This document shows, in pieces, positions 23,282-35,370 of a stretch of 64,000 bases of DNA. Positions within the stretch are counted from its first letter, which is position 1. Each line of letters begins with the position of its first letter. The stretch is from Cetorhinus maximus (Eukaryota), in NCBI RefSeq assembly GCF_964194155.1, contig NC_135899.1, positions 25,110,001 to 25,174,000 of the forward strand. Reading direction: 5' to 3'. The position numbers and the translations under genes are program-made. The notes beneath the pieces are model-generated. The model made no database searches and was not told where the DNA came from. It was given only the letters and a program-made list of their open reading frames with translations.

Positions 23282-24549
23282 AGCATTGCTGAAAAAAAGA
23301 GAAATGTTGAAGCTTTTTGTCTTGCACTCATCAGGACACTTCGCAAGAATACCAATATAACACAAAGCTGGGTGGGTGGGTGAGCTGTGAGGAGGATGCA
23401 GAGATGCTTCAGTGTGATTTGGTCAAGCTGAGTGAGTGGGCAAATGAATGGCAGATGCAGTATAATGTGGATAAATGTGAGGTTATTCACTTTGGTAGCA
23501 AAAACAGGAAGGCAGATTATTATTTGAATGGCTATAAATTGAGAGAGGGGAACGTTCAACGAGACCTAGGTGTCCTCGTACACTAGTCGCTAAAGGTAAG
23601 CATGCAGGTGCAGCAGGCGGTAAAGAAGGTAAATGGTATGTTGGACTTCATAGCGAGAGGATTTGAGTACAGGAGCAGGGATGTCTTGCTGCAATTATAC
23701 AGGGCCTTGGTGAGGCCACACCTGGAATATTGTGTGCAGTTTTGGTCTCCTTATCTGAGGATGTTCTTGCTATAGAGGGAGTGCAGCAAAGGTTTACCAG
23801 ACTAATTCCTGGGATGACAGGACTGACAAATGAGGAGAGATTGAGTCGGTTGGATTATATTCGCTGGAGTTCAGAAGAATGAGGGAGGATTTCATAGAAA
23901 CCTATAAAATTCTAAGAGGACTATACAGGATAGATGCAGGAAGGATGTTCCTGATGGTGGGGGAGTCCAGAGCCAGGGGTCACAGTTTGAGGATATGGGG
24001 TAGACCATTTAGGACTGAGATGTGGAGAAATTTCTTCACCCAGGGAGTGGTGAGCCTGTGGAATTCGCTACCACAGAAAGTAGTTGAGGCCAAAACATTG
24101 TATGTTTTCAAGAAAGAGTTAGATATAGCTCTTGGGGGGAAAGGGATCAAAGGATATGGGGAGAATGTGGGAGCAGGCTATTGAGTTGGATGATCAGTTA
24201 TGATCATAATGAATGGCGGAGCAGGCTCAAAGGGCTGAATGGCCTACTCCTGCTCCTATTTGCCATGTTTCTATAAGGGGAAAACAACAATTTATACTAT
24301 ATGTGAAGAGAGTGCTGATTGGTTGGCAAGTGGATTCTGATTGTAGAGGCATTGCCATGGAGAATGCACCAGTAATGTATGGCAATGCCTCTACCAATCA
24401 GAGTCCATTTGCCAACTACTCAACACTCTCTTCACATATAGTATAAATTGTTGTTTTCCCCTTATATCGGTATTCTTGCGAAGCATCCTGATGAGCGCAA
24501 GACAAAAATCTTCGATATGTCACTTCTTTTTTAAGCATTGCTGAAAAAA
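23282..24549. mobile_element. Palindromic double-pLTR Penelope mini-element; left arm split by CR1
   Basis: Arms (23285-23360 plus 24272-24358) versus 24379-24540, with a 20-nt spacer; CTGATGA at 23328-23334(-) and 24488-24494(+); flanking direct repeat AGCATTGCTGAAAAAA. Confidence 0.8.
23361..24271 (+). mobile_element. 5'-truncated CR1 LINE with TATAA TSD
   Basis: TKLGGWVSCEEDAEMLQCDL..WQMQYNVDKCEVIHFG..; TATAA at 23356-23360 and 24272-24276. Confidence 0.9.
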
Positions 24550-25319
24550 GTTGCGATATTGAGAGCGGAAAGCTGCAAAGTGCCGACTTGAGAAATGAGG
24601 TGTTATTCTTCGAGCTCACATTGGGTATCAAGTGTTGGAATCTTATGTAAACATCTATTTGGTTCTCCATTTTCTGAATGGCAGCACTCACAAGGAGAAA
24701 TAACCTCAAAATCAGGAGAGAAATTAGGATCAGCATTTCTTCACAAAGGGTCTGGTTGAAAGAGTGGAGCTTTCTCCCACAAAATACAGTAGTGGCTTTA
24801 TTGAATTATTGGCAGGCCCACCTCTCTCTGCCTGTCATAGATACACTTGTTTTTTTAAATCAAGTCAGAAACACCATTCCACTGACACCACTGAACAAGA
24901 AATGGTAACTCACTCCTCGAAGATGCTCCGCAAAACCTGTCCCTTCGACCAAACTTTTGGCCATCTGTCCTGATATCTCCTTGTGATTCGCTGACAAAAT
25001 GTTTTCTTTCTAATGCGGTGAAGCAACTTAGGGTGTTTTGCTACATTAGAAGTGCACTGTAAATGCAACATGTTGCTGTGACAAAGATAACTACAAGAGC
25101 TGCTGAAAGAACATGGACTAATTTGTCATTTTAAACTTAACATGGCTGCAAGGAAACCACTTCAATTCAAGAAGTCGATCTGAATAATACCTGAAAGGAA
25201 CTCGGCCATGTATTCGCCAGTCAGTCCCAAACACCCACTTGTACCCCTGATATCGGATGCTTCAAGAACCTGATGTAACTAGTCCTGACAGATGGAGATT
25301 AATCCCTCCAATCCTTCAT

Positions 25320-25680
25320 AGCAACATCGGCAGTACGAGCAGGGGAAGACCCATTCAGCCCACGGATCCTGCTCTGCCATTCAATGAGACCATGGCTGAT
25401 CTGGTCATGGTCTCAACTCCACTTTGCCGTCTGCCCCCCATCCCATAACCCTTGACTGTCAAAAATCTGTCTAACTCTGCCTTGAATAACTTCAGTAGCC
25501 CAGCCTCCAATGCTTTCTGAGGAAGAGAACTTCATGCACAAACTTAAAAAAATTCTCATGTCTTGAAAGATAGACCTGTGTCTCCGTGATTCTAGTCTCT
25601 CCTACAAATGTAAACATTCTCCTGGTATCTACACTGTCAACATCCATGGCTTATACTTCAAGTAAACCTCATGCTTCAAA
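25320..25680 (-). mobile_element. Degraded CR1 3' fragment
   Basis: Similar to 1520-1920. Confidence 0.6.
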
Positions 25681-26200
25681 CATTAGCCATTTTGTATTAC
25701 CAACATTCAGCTGTTAAGACCACGTTTAAGACAAATTCAATTTAATTCAAGACTCTGAATTGAAGTGGTTTCCTTGCAGCCATGGTAAAATGGTTTAGGG
25801 AATTTCTCCTGTTGCAGCAACCAAGAAGCAACAAGCCAACAGAGCAGAACCAGGGCCCTGATACCAACTGAGACAATTTGACATTCAATAGCATTACCGC
25901 CGCCAAATCTATTAACACCCTGGGAGTTTTTTAAAAATTCATTCATAGGATGTGGGCATCACTGGCTAGGCCAGAATATAAATTGCCCATCTCTAATCAC
26001 CCTTATTCAGGGGGGCATTTTTGTTCTAAAGTCACATGTATGTAACTAAGGACAGATTTCCTTCCCTGAAGGATAATTGAACCATTGACCAGAAACTACA
26101 CCAAGCCATACAAGTACTGCAACTACAATAGGCTATGAACCGAGCAATTCATCTCCTGCCCTCCCAAAACGTGTCAACTTTGTCCTTTTACTGATGTGGT

Positions 26201-26216
26201 GGCTCTGAAAAGAGCC
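26201..26216 (-). terminator. Histone 3' stem-loop of the second H3
   Basis: GGCTCTGAAAAGAGCC on + equals GGCTCTTTTCAGAGCC on -. Confidence 0.95.
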
Positions 26217-26275
26217 GTTGCTGTGTTGAGTTGTATTTTTGGGGGTGGGGTGGGGGGGGAATGGGTTGTTTTAAC

Positions 26276-26686
<411 letters not shown>

Positions 26687-26742
26687 TTAATCTCTCCTCT
26701 GGGATCCTCCCGAAACTACAGCGAAGCTGCCGCTGCTGCTCC

Positions 26743-26902
26743 TTTTATAGAGTCCAGTCCGCCGCCTGCAGCCGACACTACATCGCTGATTGGTCAGATA
26801 CAAACGGCACCTGATTGGTGCAACAAGTACCGCCAGCTGATTGGCTGGTTCTTATCGTTAAATGGCCGAAGATGATTGGTTGCTTCTTTGCGTTCCTATT
26901 GG
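26743..26902 (-). promoter_or_regulatory. H3 promoter (TATA plus five CCAAT), second copy
   Basis: Mirror of 16990-17149. Confidence 0.85.
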
Positions 26903-27012
26903 ATGGATTTCGATCCCGGAACTAAACCCCACCAAGCCCGGGAAATTGAAAACAAAAACAGAAATACCAGGAAAAACTCAGCAGGTCTGGCAGCTTCGGC
27001 GGAGAAGAACAA

Positions 27013-27051
27013 AGTTGACGTTTCGAGTCCTCGTGACCCTTCAACAGAACT
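27013..27051 (-). ncRNA. Duplicate of the minimal hammerhead motif
   Basis: Exact reverse complement of 16841-16879. Confidence 0.6.
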
Positions 27052-27132
27052 GAGTAAAATTAGGAGAGGGGTGAAATATAAGCTGGTTTAAGGTGGGTGG
27101 GTGGGTGCGTGGGGGGTGGTTGTAGGGACAAG

Positions 27133-27283
27133 CAAATGGCACCTGATTGGTGCAACAAGTACCGCCAGCCGATTGGCTGGTTCTTATCGTTCAATGGACG
27201 AAGGTGATTGGTTGTTTCTTGCGTTCCTATTGGATGGATCTCGATCCCGGAACTAAACCCCTCCAAGCCCGGGAAATTGAAAA
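27133..27283 (-). promoter_or_regulatory. Displaced, more diverged duplicate of the H3 CCAAT array (no TATA or CDS)
   Basis: Direct repeat of ~26802-26951 with several substitutions; lacks the Penelope insertion upstream. Confidence 0.85.
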
Positions 27284-27689
27284 TTCGTTTCTTTATTTCA
27301 GTCTTTTTATCCGCCGCCACATTCCCCAGCCCTTCATTATTTTTTTAATCTCAATGAGCAACCTGCTGATTTGTAGTGCCTCAGTCCAGCTGATCATTCT
27401 CAGAGGCCCAGACTTGACCATGTCGGCACCAGATGTTCGACTACTGCGGCATCACAGCACACCCCAACTCCACACACAGACAGAGAGGCAGGCAGATAGA
27501 CACACAAATGCAGACATAAGCACACATACTCCCCCCGCAACCCCCCCAACACACAAACACAGACAAACAGATACCACGTTGTAGCAGCATTTAGACCAAT
27601 TTTAACAGGAGATAAACTTGACAATTTCAGGTCTTCCATTGTTCAGTTACATGGTACTTACAGCACAGAAACAAGCTACAGGAAGAGTG

Positions 27690-27880
27690 CAGCATTTCCT
27701 CAGTACTGACCCCCCCTGACAGTGCAACACTCCCTCAGTACTGATCATCCAACAGTGCAGCACTCACTCAGTACTGCCTCTCTGACAGTGCAGGACTCCC
27801 TCACTACTAGTCCTCTGACAGTGCAGAACTCCCTCAGTACTGGTCCTCTGACAGTACAGTGCACCCTCAGTATTGCCCCT
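27690..27880 (-). repeat. Short 33-bp array, same unit as 30290-34565
   Basis: About 6 units of CTGACAGTGCAGCACTCCCTCAGTACTG. Confidence 0.85.
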
Positions 27881-27889
27881 CCCGCATTG

Positions 27890-28265
27890 AGGCCTGAGAT
27901 TGTAACTGGATCCCTGGAGAAAGGTAAGTATAAGCAAGATGGTGACCGTGGGGGAAGGAAATGTTGATGAGGGGGATGTGGTCGGATGCAAGGGTGGGGG
28001 GCAATGGCTTTCAATCCTTCCCGATGCCGGGTCCCTCAATCGGGCACTAATTGCATGTGAATGAGGAACATCCTGGCTCGGTCACTGGCAATCCCAACAG
28101 GTGGAAGACGCGGGGTGTGGATTTCAGATCCTGGAAAAGGCTCATTTGTTTGGCACTTAATTCATGCAGGCCTTCCAGAAAGTACGTAATGCATTGCTCT
28201 CGCCAGCTGACTAGCCAGCGGGCAAGAAGGCAAGAACCCCATTACCTACATTAAATTCTGTCCTG
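27890..28265 (+). mobile_element. Probable non-autonomous DNA element (MITE); diverged inverted partner at 30075-30230
   Basis: ATCCCTGGAGAAAGGTAAGTAT..GTCGGATGCAAGG..TGGCTTTCA..CTTCCCGATGCCGGG is mirrored at 30075-30215. Confidence 0.45.
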
Positions 28266-29159
28266 GGAGTGGAAGAATTTTAACCCAGAGCAAGACAGTT
28301 GAGAACATTGTTGGCTGGTGTGTAAAACTGCGACTCTACCTGATCCTGTGTGATTCCCTCCTGGTTAGTTAGGTTAAAATTATCCCTAGTGTATTCATGA
28401 GAATTATTTCTAATGGTACAATACTCACACACTTAGCTTAAACTTAGTTGTGTACTAAATTCCATTCAGTTTTGATGTACATTGTGCAAAAAATAAAGCA
28501 TTTTATTTTCTATTTAGATCTGCAAACTGCAATTTATGTTAAACACACAACATAAACAGGCTCAGCAACAACGGTGAAGTTTATTTTTATAAATAAGTGA
28601 AAGTTCAATACAATCTGGAAATATATTTGTTGGCCAAACTATAAATCCTTTTTCTTTGAGCAAGAAGCAAATCAGCCATAAAAACATTTGAAAGTCTCAT
28701 GACATGAAGTAAGATGTGAAGCAAAATAATTGATGAGCTCTAAGGAAATGTTGCAGTATTTACAGTTGAACCAACTTACTCCCAGAAATGATCAATTAAC
28801 AATTACAACTATGGCCACAACAGCCCTCTCCGCAGTGCCGAGGGGGCATCAGAGGGTACATCTTAGGACAATGTGTTGCTGCCACAGTGTCTTCTCTTCA
28901 CCCCCTTCCGACCTTTTCAAGTAAATATCCAATCCTCTTCTGAAAGTTACTACCTGCTTCCAACACCCTTTCAAGCAGCATTTCCCAGATCACAACAATT
29001 CGCTGTGTAAATTATTTTTCCTCTTCTATCTGCTTATTCTTTTGCCAATTACTTTAAATTGGTATTCTCTGGTTCCTGACCCTCCTGCCAGTGGACACAG
29101 TTAAGATTCACATCTCACGCAATTCGCACCTTCAAGACAATAATATCAATGAAATGAGG

Positions 29160-30075
29160 AGATGGGGAGAAATTACTTCACTCAAACGGTTGTGATTCTT
29201 TGGAATTCTCTACCCCAGAGGGTTGTGGATGCTCCGTCATTGAATACATTTACGGCTGGGATAGACAGATTCTTGGTTTCTCAGGGATAAGGGAAAATGG
29301 AGTTAAAACCCAAGATCACCATGATCATATAGAATGGGGTAACAGTCGCGACAGGCCACATGGCCCACTCCTGCTCCTATTTCTTCGGTTCTTGTATTCT
29401 GGAGATCAGTGCATCACTGGCTGGGCCAGCATCTTTTGCTCGTCCCTAATAGCCATTGAGAAGCTGGTGGTGGTGCGCTGCCTTCTTGAACAATAGCAGT
29501 CTGTGCGTTGAAGGTCCCTCCCACAGCACTGTCAGGGAGGGAGCTCCCTGGATTTTTACCCAGCGACCGTGAAGGAGCAGTTGATATACATTCGAAATGG
29601 TGCGTGACTCGGAGAGGAGCTCGGGGGTGGTGGCGCTCCCATGTACCCGCTGCCCATGTCCATCCAAGCGGTGCGGGTCACAGGTTTGGGAGATGCTGTT
29701 GAAGAAACCTCGGTGAGTTGCTGCTGTGCAATCTGTGGAGAGCGCACACTGCGGCCACAGTGCAGCAGCAGTGGATGGAGTGGGTGTTGATAGTAGGTTT
29801 TAGAGATTTTGTTAAGTGTTTGCTTACCAAAAGCAAATGCGACATCTTCAGCTTTGTGGATTCCTTGTGTTCATGTGGAGAAGGGAATAAAGAGAAAATG
29901 ACACATTCCAACTCCAAAAGGTTAGAATAGAATAGTTATGGTAATGAGTGATGTAGGCCATGTTGTATTAGTGATGGTACCTTAATAAGCACCTTCCAAA
30001 CCCACCACCAATATCACCTAGAAGGACAAGGGCAGCAGGCACATGGGAAGACCACCACCTGGAAGTTCCCCTCCC
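29160..30075. mobile_element. LINE fragments: CR1 (+) 29160-29400, second-family LINE (-) 29400-29790 and (+) 29990-30075
   Basis: Matches to other copies in the window. Confidence 0.65.
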
Positions 30076-30289
30076 CTGGCATCAGGAAGGTGGGGGGAGT
30101 GTCGCTGAAAGCCACACACCACTACCCCTTTCCTTGCATCCGATCACCCCTCCCTCCAACGTTCTCTTCCCCGCAGCCCCCAACCCACCCATACTTACCT
30201 CTCTCCAGGGATTGAGCGACAATTCCTGGTGAAAACCTCACTGCCAGCGTATGGAGGGTATGTAGCATTTGAGAGGTACAATACTAAGA

Positions 30290-33200
30290 CAGTGCTGCAC
30301 TGTCGGAGGCTCAGTATTGAGGGAGTGCTGCACTGTCAGAGGTTCAGTACTGAGGGAGTGCTGCACTGTCAGAGGCTCAGTATTGAGAGAGTGCTGCACT
30401 GTCAGAGGTTCAGTACTGAGGGAGTGCTGCACTGTCAGAGGGTGAGTACTAAAAAAGTTCTGCACTGTCAGAGGTTCAGTACTGAGGGAGTACTGCACTG
30501 TTAAGGTCAGTACTGAGCGAGTGCTGCACTGTTGGAGGTGCAGTACTGAGGGAGTGCTGCACTGTCAGAGAATGAGTGCTAAGAAAGTGCTGCACTGTCA
30601 GAGCTTAATGTACTGAGGGAGTGCTGCACTGTCAGATGGGCAGTACTGAGGCAGTGCTGCACTTTCAGAGGCTCAGTACTGGGGGAATGTTGCACTGTCA
30701 GAGGTTCAGTACTGAGGGAGTGCTGCATTGTCAGTGGGTCAGTACTGAGGGGGTGCTGCACTGTCAGAGGGTCAGTAATGAAGAAGTGCTGCACTGTCAG
30801 AGGGTCAGTACTGAAGGAGGGCTTCATGTCAGAGGGTCAGTACTGAGGGAGTGCTGCACTGTTGGAGGGGCAGTACTGAGGGAGTGCTGCACTGTCAGAG
30901 GGTGAGTACTAAAAAAGTTCTGCACTGTCAGATCTGCATGTACTGAGGGAATGCTGCACTGTCAGAGGGGCAATACTGAGGCAGTGCTGCACTTTCAGAG
31001 GCTCAGTACTGGGGGGTTGCTGCACTGTCAGAGGTTCAGTACTGAGGGAGTGCTGAATTGTCAGTGGGTCAGTACTGAGGGGGTGCTGCACTGTCAGAGG
31101 AGCAGTACTGAGGAAGTGCTGCACGGTCAGAGGGTCAGTACTGAAGGAGTGCTGCACTGTTGGAGGGGCAGTACTGAGGGAGTGCTACACTGTCAGAGGG
31201 TGAGTACTAAAAAAGTTCTGCACTGTCAGATCTTCATGTACTGAGGTAGTGCTGCACTGTCAGAGGGTCAGTACTGAGGGAAGGCTTCACCGTTAGAGAG
31301 TCTGTACTGAGGGAGTGCTGCACTGTCAGAGGGTGAATACTAAAAAAGTTCTGCACTGTCAGATCTTCATGTACTGAGAGAGTGCTGCACTGTCAGAGGG
31401 TCAGTACTGAACAAGTGTTGCACTGTCAGAGGGTCAGTTCTGAGGGAGTGCTGTACTGTTGTGGGGGTCAGTACAGTGGGAGTGCTACACTATCAGAGGG
31501 TAAATACTGAGGGTGTGCTGCACAGTCAGAGGCTCAATACTGAGGGTGTGCTGCGTTGTCAGAGGATCACTACTGAGGGAGTGCTGCACTTTCAGAGGCT
31601 CAGTACTGGGGGGTTGCTGCACTGTCAGAGGTTCAGTACTGAGGCAGTGCTGCATTGTCAGTGGGTCAGTACTGAGGGGGAACTGCACTGTCCGAGGAGC
31701 AGTACTGAGGAAGTGCTGCACTGTCAGAGGGTCAGTAATGAGGGTGTGCTGCAATGTCAGAGGGGCAGTACTGAGGGAGTGCTATACTGTCAGAGGGTCA
31801 GTACTGAGGGAGGGCTTCACTGTCAGCGGGTCAGTAATGAAGAAGTGCTGCACTGTCAGAGGGTCAGTACTGAGGGAAGGCTTCACTGTTAGAGGGTCTG
31901 TACTGAGGGAGTGCTGCACTGTCAGAGGGTGAATACTAAAAAAGTTCTGCACTGTCAGATCTTCATGTACTGAGGGAGTGTCTGCACTGTCAGAGGGGCA
32001 GTACTTAGGGAAAGCTGTACTGTCAGAGGGTCAGTCCTAAGGGAGGGCTTTACTGTCAGAGGGTCAGCACTGAGGGAGTGCTGTACTGTCAGAGGGTCAG
32101 TACTGAGGGAGGGCTTTACTGTCAGAGGGTCAGTACTGAAGAAGTGCTGCACTGTCAGAGGGTCAGTACTGAGGGAGTGCTGTACTGTTGGGGGGTCAGT
32201 ACAGAGGTAATGCTACACTATCAGAGGGTAAATACTGAGGGTGTGCTGCACAGTCAGAGGCTCAATACTGAGGGTGTGCTGCGTTGTCAGAGGATCACTA
32301 CTGAGGGAGTGCTGCACTGTCACAGGGTAAATACGGAGTGAGTGCTGCATTGTTAGTGGTTCAGTGCTGAAGGAGTGCTGAATTGAGGGTCAGTGCTGAG
32401 AAAACACCACACTGTCAAACTGGACCGGTACTGATGGAGTGCTGCACTTTCAGAGGCTCAGTACTGAGGGAGTGCTGCACTGTCGGAGAGTGAGTACTGA
32501 GGCAGTGCTGCACTTTCAGAGGCTCAGTACTGAGGGAGTGCTGCACTGTCGGAGGGGCAGTACTGAGGGAGTGCTGCAATTTCAGAGGGTGAGTACTAAA
32601 AAAGTTCTGCACTATCAGATCTTCATGTACTGAGGGAGTGCTGCACTGTCAGAGGGTCAGTACTGAGGGAGTGCTGCACTTTCAGAGGCTCAGTACTGGA
32701 GGGTTGCTGCACTGTCAGAGTTTCAGTACTGAGGGAGTGCTGCATTGTCAGTGGGTCAGTACTGAGGGGGTGCTGCACTGTCCGAGGAGCAGTACTGAGG
32801 AAGTGCTGCACTGTCAGAGGGTCAGTAATGAGGGTGTGCTGCAATGTCAGAGGGGCAGTACTGAGGGAGTGCTATACTGTCAGAGGGTCAGTACTGAGGG
32901 AGGGCTTCACTGTCAGCGGGTCAGTAATGAAGAAGTGCTGCACTGTCAGAGGGTCAGTACGGGAAGGCTTCACTGTTAGAGGGTCTGTACTGAGGGAGTG
33001 CTGCACTGTCAGAGGGTGAGTACTAAAAAAGTTCTGCACTGTCAGATCTTCATGTACTGAGGGAGTGTCTGCACTGTCAGAGGGGCAGTACTTAGGGAAA
33101 GCTGTACTGTCAGAGGGTCAGTCCTAAGGGAGGGCTTTACTGTCAGAGGGTCAGCACTGAGGGAGTGCTGTACTGTCAGAGGGTCAGTACTGAGGGAGGG

Positions 33201-34565
33201 CTTTACTGTCAGAGGGTCAGTACTGAGGGTGTGCTGCACTGTCAGAGGCTCAGTACTGGGGGGTTGCTGCACTGTCAGAATTTCAGTACTAAGGGAGTGC
33301 TGCATTGTCAGTGGGTCAGTACTCAGGGGGTGCTGCACTGTCCGACGAGCAGTACTGAGGAAGTGCTGCACTGTCAGAGGGTCAGTAATGAGGGAGTGCT
33401 GCACTGTCAGAGGGGCACCACTGAGGGAGTGCTGTACTGTCAGAGGGTCAGTACTGAGGGAGGGCTTCACTGTCAGCGGGTCAGTAATGAAGAAGTGCTG
33501 CACTGTCAGAGGGGCAGTACTGAGGGAGTGCTGCATTGTCAGTGGGTCAGTACTAAAAAAGTTCTGTACTGTCAGATCTTCATGTACTGAGGGAGTGCTG
33601 CACTGTCAGAGGGTCAGTTATGAGGGAGGGCTTCACCGTCAGAGATTCAGTATTGAAGGAGTGCTGCACTTTTGGAGGGGCAGTACTGAGGGAGTGCTGC
33701 ACTGTCAGAGGGTGAGTACTAAAAAATTCTGCACTGTCAGATCTTCTTGTACTGAGGGAGTGTCTGCACTGTCAGACATGCAGCACTGATGGAGTGCTGT
33801 TCTGTCAGAGGGTCAGTACTGAGGGAGGGCTTCACTGTCAGAGGGTCAGTACTGAGGGAGTGCTGCACTGTCAGAGGGTCAGTGCTGAAGAAGTGTTGCA
33901 CTGTCAGAGGGTCAGTACTGAGGGAGTGCTGCACTGTCAGAGGGTCAGTACTGAGGGAAGGCTTTACTGTTAGAGGGTCTGTACTGAGGGAGTGCTGCAC
34001 AGTCAGGGGCTCAATACTGAGGGTGTGCTGCGTTGTCAGAGGATCACTACTGAGGGAGTGCTGCACTGTCACAGGGTAAATACGGAGTGAGTGCTGCATT
34101 GTTAGTGGTTCAGTGCTGAAGGAGTGCTGAATTGAGGGTCAGTGCTGAGAAAACACCACACTGTCAGACTGGGCCAGTACTGATGGAGTGCTGCACTATC
34201 GGAGGGTCAGTACTGAAGGAGTGCTGCACTGTCAGAGGGTCAGTACTGAAGGAGTGCTGCACTGTCAGAGGGTCAGTACTGAATGTGTACTGCACTATCG
34301 GAGGGTCAGTACTGAGGGAGTGCTGCACTGTCAGAGGATCAGTATTGGTCGCGCTGCACTGTCAGAGGGGCAGTACTGATGGAGTGCTGCACTGTCAGAG
34401 GGGCAGTACTGAGGGAGTGCTGCACTGTCAGAGGGGCAGTACTGAGGGAGTGCTGCACTGTCAGAGGGGCAGTACTGATGGAGTGCTGCACTGTCAGAGG
34501 GGCAGTACTGATGGAGTGCTGCACTGTCAGAGGTTGAACACTGAGGGAGTGCTGCACTATTGGAG
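30290..34565 (+). repeat. 4.3-kb 33-bp minisatellite (~130 units) with higher-order blocks
   Basis: Consensus CAGTACTGAGGGAGTGCTGCACTGTCAGAGGGT; recurring variant ACTAAAAAAGTTCTGCACTG. Confidence 0.97.
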
Positions 34566-34823
34566 GGGAAATAATGTCCTTTGTGTTGGTGCTGTCTATT
34601 ATCTCAACTGTGGCCAGTGTTGGTGCTATATGTTAGGGTGTGTTTGTGCAGTGTGTATTCTGAACTATTTTGCTTCAGTTGCAGTAGATTGGTGTGGTTG
34701 AACATTCACGCAGTGTTTCAAAGCCTGCTCTGCCTGTGCGGCTGTCAGCGGCTGGATCAAATTACACCTCTCAGGCAGAGTGCTGGCCCCTCCACACACA
34801 CCTCTTCCCTCCCTTTGTACCTG

Positions 34824-34946
34824 TGAGTCACTGTTACCCATAGGCCAAATCTTCAAAATACGAGGAAGTTGCTGCAAAGTTGGCCAGTCCACACGGGAGC
34901 TCCTAGCCGCCTCTGAAAGTTTTAATTCAGGCTGAGATCAGGAAGT
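34824..34946 (+). promoter_or_regulatory. Candidate TRIM proximal regulatory motifs (AP-1, ETS)
   Basis: TGAGTCA at 34824-34830; GAGGAAGT at 34862-34869; CAGGAAGT at 34939-34946. Motif matches only. Confidence 0.3.
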
Positions 34947-34959
34947 AGCTGATTTGGAG

Positions 34960-35370
34960 ATGGATTCTCGGCGACAGTCCGAGAATTGGAAAGAGGAATT
35001 AATTTGTGCCGTCTGCCTGGAGTTCTTCGAGGACCCAGTTACCTTGGAGTGCGGCCACAACTATTGTCGAGCCTGTATAATGGGCTGTTGGGATGTGCAG
35101 GAGTCTAACTATTGTCCCGAGTGCTTAGAGGTGTTTCCAGAAATAAACCTCCTGTCCAACCGCGCCCTCTCCAACCTGGCTGAGAAAGCAAGGAACCGGC
35201 CCCGCAACCGGAGGGGGAAAGGCAGGAAACTTTACTGCGATTTGCACCAGGAAGAGCTGAAACTCTTCTGTGAAACTGATAAGAAACTCATCTGTGGTAT
35301 TTGCCGAGACGGGAGGGAGCACAAGTATCACAACTTCATTCCCCTCAACGAGGCTGTGGAGATTTACAAG
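34960..35370 (+). CDS. TRIM coding exon 1 (C3HC4 RING plus B-box2)
   Basis: [17 protein letters not shown]; CDLH..LFCETD..CGIC..HKYH; donor AAG|gtaaat. Confidence 0.95.

Noticed and set aside
30191-30200. ATACTTACCT matching the U1 snRNA 5' end
   Set aside because: Downstream sequence is not U1; it is the complement of a splice-donor-like motif in a repeat.
30229-34701. Repetitive ORFs and CRISPR-like periodicity in the 33-mer array
   Set aside because: Head-to-tail units with no unique spacers, no cas genes, vertebrate context; ORFs open on both strands.
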